Source: Hymenobacter sp. (GTDB lineage Bacteria > Bacteroidota > Bacteroidia > Cytophagales > Hymenobacteraceae). From it: 53,618 nucleotides of DNA. Under the pieces are notes generated by a model. The model was given only the letters and a program-made list of their open reading frames with translations. It was not told the origin of the DNA and did not search any database. This document shows, one piece after another, positions 48,160 to 53,618 of the stretch. Location: NCBI GenBank assembly GCA_025354605.1, contig JANXMN010000276.1, positions 1 to 53,618 of the forward strand, given 5' to 3'. The translations under genes and the position numbers were made by a program. Each line of letters begins with the position of its first letter. Positions within the stretch are counted from its first letter, which is position 1.

Positions 48160-49140
48160 ATGACCATATCGTACGGCACTTTATGCCGGCCCACCGGCCA
48201 GTGGAACTGCGGCAGGCACTTTGGCCACTACCTGCTATTGGTAGCGGCACTGCTGCTGGCAACTGCGGCCCCCATCCCGGCATTGGCCCAATGCCTGAGT
48301 GGCGACTGCCAGAACGGCACCGGCAAACAGGACCTGGGCTACGCCACTTACGAAGGCAGCTTCCAGAACGGTGAGCCCGAAGGCCAAGGGACGATGGACT
48401 ACGGCGGCGGCGACAAGTACGTGGGCACGTGGCACCGGGGCCGGGAGCACGGCACCGGGCAACTCTACAAAAAGGGCGTGGCCACGGCCGTGGCTTACTA
48501 CAACGGCGTGCTGCAAGCCAAAACCGCCGAACCGCTGGTAGTAGGCAACCAAGCCGTGGGCAAGGAAAAAGTGCCGGGCTGCCAGCAGGGCGACTGCGTG
48601 AACGGCTACGGCGTACTAGTGTCGGTGGGCGGCAGCCAGTACGAGGGCGGATTTCGGTCGGGCCGCTTCGAGGGGCAGGGCCGGGTGGCGTTTGCGGGGG
48701 GCGACCTCTGCACGGCCAGTTTTGTAGCGGGGCTCCCGCAGGAAGGCAGCCTGTACTACGCCGCGCAGACCATCACTTTCAAGGGAACTTTCAACCCGAA
48801 TTTTTCGCCTAAAACCGGCAGCTACGTCAGCGTTGGCACCGACAATATCGTGAGCGTGCGGGACGGGGTGGTGAGTGAGGTGCGCAACCCCGTGCGGGAG
48901 GCCACTGCTGCCAAGCAGGCCGAACACGACCGGATGTGGCAAACCTGCCCGGCCTGCGGCGGCGAGGGCGGCACCGCCGTAGCCGACTACTATAACACCT
49001 CGACCCAGAGTGTGCTCTGGGGTAGCCGCGCCGTGGGGCAAACTACCTACGAAGTCGAAACCAAGCGAAACTACACCGGCACCACCCACCCCGTGCCTTG
49101 CGGCAAGTGCGGCGGCAAGGGCGAAGTGCGCCGCCGCTGA
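48160..49140 (+). CDS. Exported MORN-repeat protein with C-terminal CxxCxGxG zinc-finger-like motifs
   Basis: CLSGDCQNG / CQQGDCVNG caps, YEGSFQNG..EGQG repeats; CPACGGEG and CGKCGGKG. Confidence 0.8.
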   Translation: MTISYGTLCRPTGQWNCGRHFGHYLLLVAALLLATAAPIPALAQCLSGDCQNGTGKQDLGYATYEGSFQNGEPEGQGTMDYGGGDKYVGTWHRGREHGTGQLYKKGVATAVAYYNGVLQAKTAEPLVVGNQAVGKEKVPGCQQGDCVNGYGVLVSVGGSQYEGGFRSGRFEGQGRVAFAGGDLCTASFVAGLPQEGSLYYAAQTITFKGTFNPNFSPKTGSYVSVGTDNIVSVRDGVVSEVRNPVREATAAKQAEHDRMWQTCPACGGEGGTAVADYYNTSTQSVLWGSRAVGQTTYEVETKRNYTGTTHPVPCGKCGGKGEVRRR

Positions 49141-49213
49141 AACCACACTGATTTTGCCCTTTCCGCCGGCTTAGCTCCTGCTGGAAATCTGTCTCCCCTT
49201 ATCAACCCCTTTT

Positions 49214-50299
49214 ATGAAACGCTTTTACCCCCTGCTGGCCCTGGTGCTACCGCTGGTCAGCCTGACCGAGGCAGCCGCTCAGCCGGCCAAGCCAGTCCGG
49301 GCCACGTCGTCGCCGGCCGGTACGGGTGCCCCGGCCGCGCCCAAAGAGCCAACCGGCCCGGCCTACGCGGCGGTGCTGAAATATTACCGCAGTGGCGAGG
49401 CGGCCAAGTTTATGGAGGCGCTGCCGGCCCTGGAAAAAGCCCATCCGGCCTCGCCCTGGACGCTGTATTTCCAGTCGTTTGTGAAGCAGATGAGCCATGA
49501 GGACCCGGCCGGTGCCCTCAAGGGCTACTCCGACGTTATCCGGCTGCTGCCTGACGAGTTTGGCGATGCCTACCTGCACCGCGCCGAGCTGCTGGCCGAC
49601 AAGGGGCTGGAGGAGCGGGCCGTGGCCGATATGACCAAGGCCATCGCGCTGGCCAGTCCGAAAGTGCCGGCCTTCTACTACGAGTTGCGCGCCGACTACC
49701 AGGCCGGTAGTGGCCACGACGCGGAAGCCATCGCGGACTTTAAAAAGGCCATTGCTATCGATGGGGCCGCTGCTAAAAGCTACCAGGGCTTGGTGAACCT
49801 GAGCCAAAAAGCCGGCACCGAAACCGAAACCGCCGCCCTGCTGGTGAAGGCCCTGGCCGGTCCGCAGGCCGCCAACGCTCCCGTGCGCTTGGCCTACGCC
49901 GGCCTGCTGACCCGCACCCAGCAGTGGCCCGCGGCCGACGCTGAATACGACCGCGCCCTGGCCACAGCCGGCTTCAAGCCCACCGCCCAGGACCTGAGCA
50001 ACGCCGGGGTAGCCGCCCGCAACGTGCCGAATTTCTCCAAAGCCGAGGCCCTGCTGGAACGCGCCATCAAGCTGGACCCACGCAACGTGGACTACGTGAC
50101 CAACCGCGCCAGCCTCGCCGTGGACCAGCAGCAGTGGGAAGCCGTGCATACGTGGGCGCAGGCCGCGCTGACCGTGAACGACAACGACCCCATGGCCAAC
50201 ATGCTCATGGCCGTGGGCATCATGCGCACCAACCGGGGCCAGGCCGCTGCCGAGGCCTACGAGACCAAAGCCAAACGCTTGGAAGCCGCCCGCCACTGA
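49214..50299 (+). CDS. Exported tetratricopeptide-repeat protein
   Basis: Signal peptide; AYLHRA...AVADMTKAI, AIADFKKAI, LERAIKLDP. Confidence 0.85.
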   Translation: MKRFYPLLALVLPLVSLTEAAAQPAKPVRATSSPAGTGAPAAPKEPTGPAYAAVLKYYRSGEAAKFMEALPALEKAHPASPWTLYFQSFVKQMSHEDPAGALKGYSDVIRLLPDEFGDAYLHRAELLADKGLEERAVADMTKAIALASPKVPAFYYELRADYQAGSGHDAEAIADFKKAIAIDGAAAKSYQGLVNLSQKAGTETETAALLVKALAGPQAANAPVRLAYAGLLTRTQQWPAADAEYDRALATAGFKPTAQDLSNAGVAARNVPNFSKAEALLERAIKLDPRNVDYVTNRASLAVDQQQWEAVHTWAQAALTVNDNDPMANMLMAVGIMRTNRGQAAAEAYETKAKRLEAARH

Positions 50300-50456
50300 G
50301 TTGGCGGCTAGCAGCTACCAACCATTAGACCCCCAGTATTAGCCTCTCGCGAAGCTTCCGACCAGCAACTGCCAAGGAGCTATCCATTTATTCCATCGCC
50401 TTGCCTGATAACGAGGAGCTGACCCCTTTTTTAACCACCTCCTACTCCTTCCGATT

Positions 50457-51353
50457 ATGCGCGCCGCTCTGCGTTTACTGCTTTTGCCGCTGGCCCTGCT
50501 CACGGGCCTGGGCCGCGCCCACGGGCAGGTCCACGAGTTTGGTCTAACTGCTGACATGGTAGCCAAGCTCGACACAAGTCAGCGCGTTCAGTTCAAATCG
50601 GACGCGAACTTTTGCCGCAATGCCCTCTTTTTCGGGGATAATTTCGTTAAGAAAAAGCTGCTCAAGGCGGGCTTCACCGAGGCTGAGGTACCCATCATGC
50701 TCCGCTGGGCAGAAGAGCAGGAGTTGCCGAAGGCAATGAACGACTTCGTTTATCGGCGGCCGCTGGGGCCGCTTATGCCCCACTATCGGGCCTACGCCGT
50801 GCGCAACACGCCCCTGGTCTGGATTCCGAAAAGTAAAAACCAGCACATGCCCCCCGCCATGCGGCCCGTGGGCCCGTATGGAATGCTAGTGCTGCCCTGG
50901 TACGGCAGCACCTCGCCGGGCATAACCGTGGCGGGCACCCCGCCGCCACCCGCCCTCGTGGCCGGGTTGCTGGCTGGAGGCACCACCGGCAGCAGCAGCG
51001 AGGCATCCTCGTCCGGCACGGCCACGTCGGGCATCACGCCCGGCGGCATCCAGTACAGCACGGCCGACATGAGCATGTTTGCCAAGGATGCCAGCCACGG
51101 CACCATTGCGCTGTACTACGGCTACGGCGGCAGTATCTCGTCAGCCTACATCTACGAGCTGCTGGGGCCGGGTACCGACGGTAACAAAGCTACTATTGCC
51201 GACGCACTGGCTAGAAAAATCAACTCGTCGCAGCCCTTCATTGGCTTCGAGCAGCGGTCCGGCAACTGCGCTACTGCCGAGTCGGCCATCCGTCAAAAGG
51301 CGGGCAGCAGTGTAAGCACTCATTGTGAAGGGGAGTATCGGGCACCGCAGTAG
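50457..51353 (+). CDS. Hypothetical exported two-domain protein
   Basis: Signal peptide; Pro/Ser/Gly linker; no family recognised. Confidence 0.7.
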   Translation: MRAALRLLLLPLALLTGLGRAHGQVHEFGLTADMVAKLDTSQRVQFKSDANFCRNALFFGDNFVKKKLLKAGFTEAEVPIMLRWAEEQELPKAMNDFVYRRPLGPLMPHYRAYAVRNTPLVWIPKSKNQHMPPAMRPVGPYGMLVLPWYGSTSPGITVAGTPPPPALVAGLLAGGTTGSSSEASSSGTATSGITPGGIQYSTADMSMFAKDASHGTIALYYGYGGSISSAYIYELLGPGTDGNKATIADALARKINSSQPFIGFEQRSGNCATAESAIRQKAGSSVSTHCEGEYRAPQ

Positions 51354-51360
51354 TACGGCC

Positions 51361-51392
51361 AGCGCCCCCCTGCCAGCGCCCCCCTGCTAGCG
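51361..51392. repeat. Short 14-bp tandem repeat
   Basis: AGCGCCCCCCTGC(C/T) twice, followed by a partial copy. Confidence 0.6.
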
Positions 51393-51610
51393 CGGCTCAC
51401 CCTGCCCCACCAGTTGGCCAGGGCTATTGCCTATTCCCCATTTTCGAACCCATTCTGGGCATCAACCCTAGCCGGAACGCAGCAGTTTCCTCCGTGCCAG
51501 TACGCAGAGAAATATGCCCACCGGCACGGATTGCGGGGGGTAAGTAGAAACAGGTTCTTTGTAGTGGGCCATTTGACCGAATGGCTCTCCACCAAATTTC
51601 TGCTTGCCCC

Positions 51611-53380
51611 ATGAAAAACTCCGCTTTCGGGCGCTGGCTGCCGGCCCTGGCCGCGCTGGCCGCCGCCCTGCCCACCGCCCCGCTGCTGGCCCAGAAGCTA
51701 GCCATCGAGAAAACCCACGACGTATCGGGCAAGGCCAAGCGCGGCTTTCTCGACGACGTGCACGTGAACGAAGCCGCCAATAAGGTCGACCTCGTGTTCT
51801 GCACCAAGGCCAATAACCGCAAGGTGAAGTTCGAGACCTACCACTTCGACAGCCAGTTCAACTTCAAGAGCATGGATGAGAGTGAGGAGCCCGTGGAAAA
51901 GGTGAAGCGCTACCGGGGCGACACCTACGACGTGCCCGGCGTGACCGTGGAGCCCAACATGATGGGCACACTGGTGCTGCGTCGCAAGCAGGCCCACTAC
52001 ACCTGGGACTGGTTCTGGGGCGGCTACAACAAGAAGATTGAGATTCTGGAAAAGGTGAAGCCGCGCGGCGACAACGGCTCGTTCTACCAGTACTCGGCCC
52101 ACACCGAGTACGACCAGACCGGCAACGTGGTGGTCATCACTTCCAGCAAGGACAAGATGGGCAAGGGCACCGACCCGCTGCGCATGTTCAAGGAATATCA
52201 CATCCTGAAATTCAACAAGGACCTGGACCTGGTATCCGACACGCCCATTCAGTTCGACAAGCCGCAGTTCGTGGTGATGGCCAACAAGCTTGACCCCCGC
52301 GGCGACCAGGGTGAGGATGCCGACGACTCGGCCGACCCCGAGTACGACCTGGGCATCCTGTTCGCGCCGGTGGCCGTTCCGGGCATGAAAAAGCAGGCCG
52401 ACCCGCAGGCCACCAACTACACCTACGTGCGCGTGGGCGCCGATACCAAGCAGAAAGAGCGCGTGGCCATTGCCTCGCCCAACAGCATCTGGCTGGCCAA
52501 TGGCATGGCCACTTTCAGGGATGGAACGGTGGCCGTATTCGGCCCGGCCAACGACAAAACCGACGAGTATTTCAACGAGGACATTCCGGCCCAGGTGGCC
52601 AGCGAATCGGTCCGCGGCCCGCTAGAGGACAAGTTCAAGGCCCGGAACTTCGAGCTGCTGAAGATTAAGGACGGCGTGGTGGCCTTCATCACCAACACGC
52701 CGGTACCCGAGTTCGAGCAGAAGCTGCAAACCCCGCCCGCCCAGAAACGCACCCCCGAGTACACCGGCAAGCGCTTCAAGCTCGACGGCGGCACGGTGCT
52801 GCCCAACGGCGACTTGCTCATCAGCGGGCAGAGCTATGGGCTGGAGCGCGGGGCCTTCGGGCTGGGCGCGCCCAAAACCAGCGGCAACACGGCCGGCCTG
52901 GCCGGCGGCCTCGGCGGCCTGATGAGCGGCAAGGGCGGCACCACCATGGCCACCGCCGCCAACAACCGCCAGTACAAGGACGTGATGATGTTCCACTTCG
53001 ACCCGCAGGGCCACCTGCGCGCCCAGTACGGCGTGCGCCGCCAGGAAAACAACAAGTACAGCGAGCAGAACCCCAACGAGCAGCACCTCTACCCCGCCCA
53101 GGACGGCCGCAGTCTCTACTGGATGATTGGCGAAATCAGCGGCGTGCGCGAGCAGAGCGGCATGGAGTCGGGCTCGGCCAAGGTGCTCTACTACCCGGCC
53201 GTGTGCAAAATCGACCTGGCGGCGGCCAAGCTCAGCAACTTCGCCAAGTTTGGCAACGAACAGTACTTCCTCAACAACTCGATGCCGCAACTGCCGATGG
53301 GCGGCAAGAACAGCATCGTGTACTTCGGCGAAAACAAGAACGGCAAAACCATGTGGTTCGGCCAGATGCTGCTGGAGTAG
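51611..53380 (+). CDS. Hypothetical exported beta-rich protein
   Basis: Signal peptide ending LLAQ; strong coding bias; Gly-rich insert; no family recognised with confidence. Confidence 0.8.
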   Translation: MKNSAFGRWLPALAALAAALPTAPLLAQKLAIEKTHDVSGKAKRGFLDDVHVNEAANKVDLVFCTKANNRKVKFETYHFDSQFNFKSMDESEEPVEKVKRYRGDTYDVPGVTVEPNMMGTLVLRRKQAHYTWDWFWGGYNKKIEILEKVKPRGDNGSFYQYSAHTEYDQTGNVVVITSSKDKMGKGTDPLRMFKEYHILKFNKDLDLVSDTPIQFDKPQFVVMANKLDPRGDQGEDADDSADPEYDLGILFAPVAVPGMKKQADPQATNYTYVRVGADTKQKERVAIASPNSIWLANGMATFRDGTVAVFGPANDKTDEYFNEDIPAQVASESVRGPLEDKFKARNFELLKIKDGVVAFITNTPVPEFEQKLQTPPAQKRTPEYTGKRFKLDGGTVLPNGDLLISGQSYGLERGAFGLGAPKTSGNTAGLAGGLGGLMSGKGGTTMATAANNRQYKDVMMFHFDPQGHLRAQYGVRRQENNKYSEQNPNEQHLYPAQDGRSLYWMIGEISGVREQSGMESGSAKVLYYPAVCKIDLAAAKLSNFAKFGNEQYFLNNSMPQLPMGGKNSIVYFGENKNGKTMWFGQMLLE

Positions 53381-53518
53381 CCGCCGCGTCGCGAGCCGTC
53401 CGATTTTCTCGGGTTTTTAAACGCCCGATAATCAGCGAATCAACGTCACTGCCGCGCCAAACCGCGCGGCAGTGGCAAAATATCTCCCCTGCGGGCTTGC
53501 TTTCGAAGAAAGTCGTCG

Positions 53519-53526
53519 TACTTTTG
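53519..53526 (+). promoter_or_regulatory. Bacteroidota -7 promoter box of the tRNA
   Basis: TACTTTTG 13 bp before the tRNA. Confidence 0.65.
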
Positions 53527-53539
53527 CAGAACCAAACAG

Positions 53540-53612
<73 letters not shown>

Positions 53613-53618
53613 CCTACG

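Overview
GC-rich Bacteroidota DNA, most likely Hymenobacter-like (inferred from T9SS C-terminal domains, T6SS subtype iii genes and TAnnTTTG promoter boxes). Left accessory part (1-20.5 kb): a TPR sensor kinase open at the window edge, a four-gene T6SSiii fragment (tssG / tssN-tssK-tssO), nested degraded IS3-family elements, a DUF4331-T9SS protein, REP/MITE debris, a stand-alone RyR-domain protein, and a 7TM-DISM hybrid two-component regulator divergent from a large T9SS cargo plus a tiny PIDGG-sorting-signal peptide. Middle: housekeeping genes (rimP-nusA-infB, selD, rbfA, LolE-like permease, SNF2 helicase). Then a curli-like amyloid locus (csgE-F-G, two curlins, csgH, TolB-like lipoprotein), an orphan McrB-like ATPase, a 2OG-Fe(II) oxygenase, chrA, four uncharacterised exported proteins and initiator tRNA-Met. 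The most unusual signal is a 15-bp micro-insertion (GGG-TCGTACCCGG[T/C]A) found four times, always at GGG^C. It can be shown to be an insertion because it splits conserved IS3 motifs and a REP whose empty form is also in the window. All protein calls come from motif recognition by eye, with no database search.
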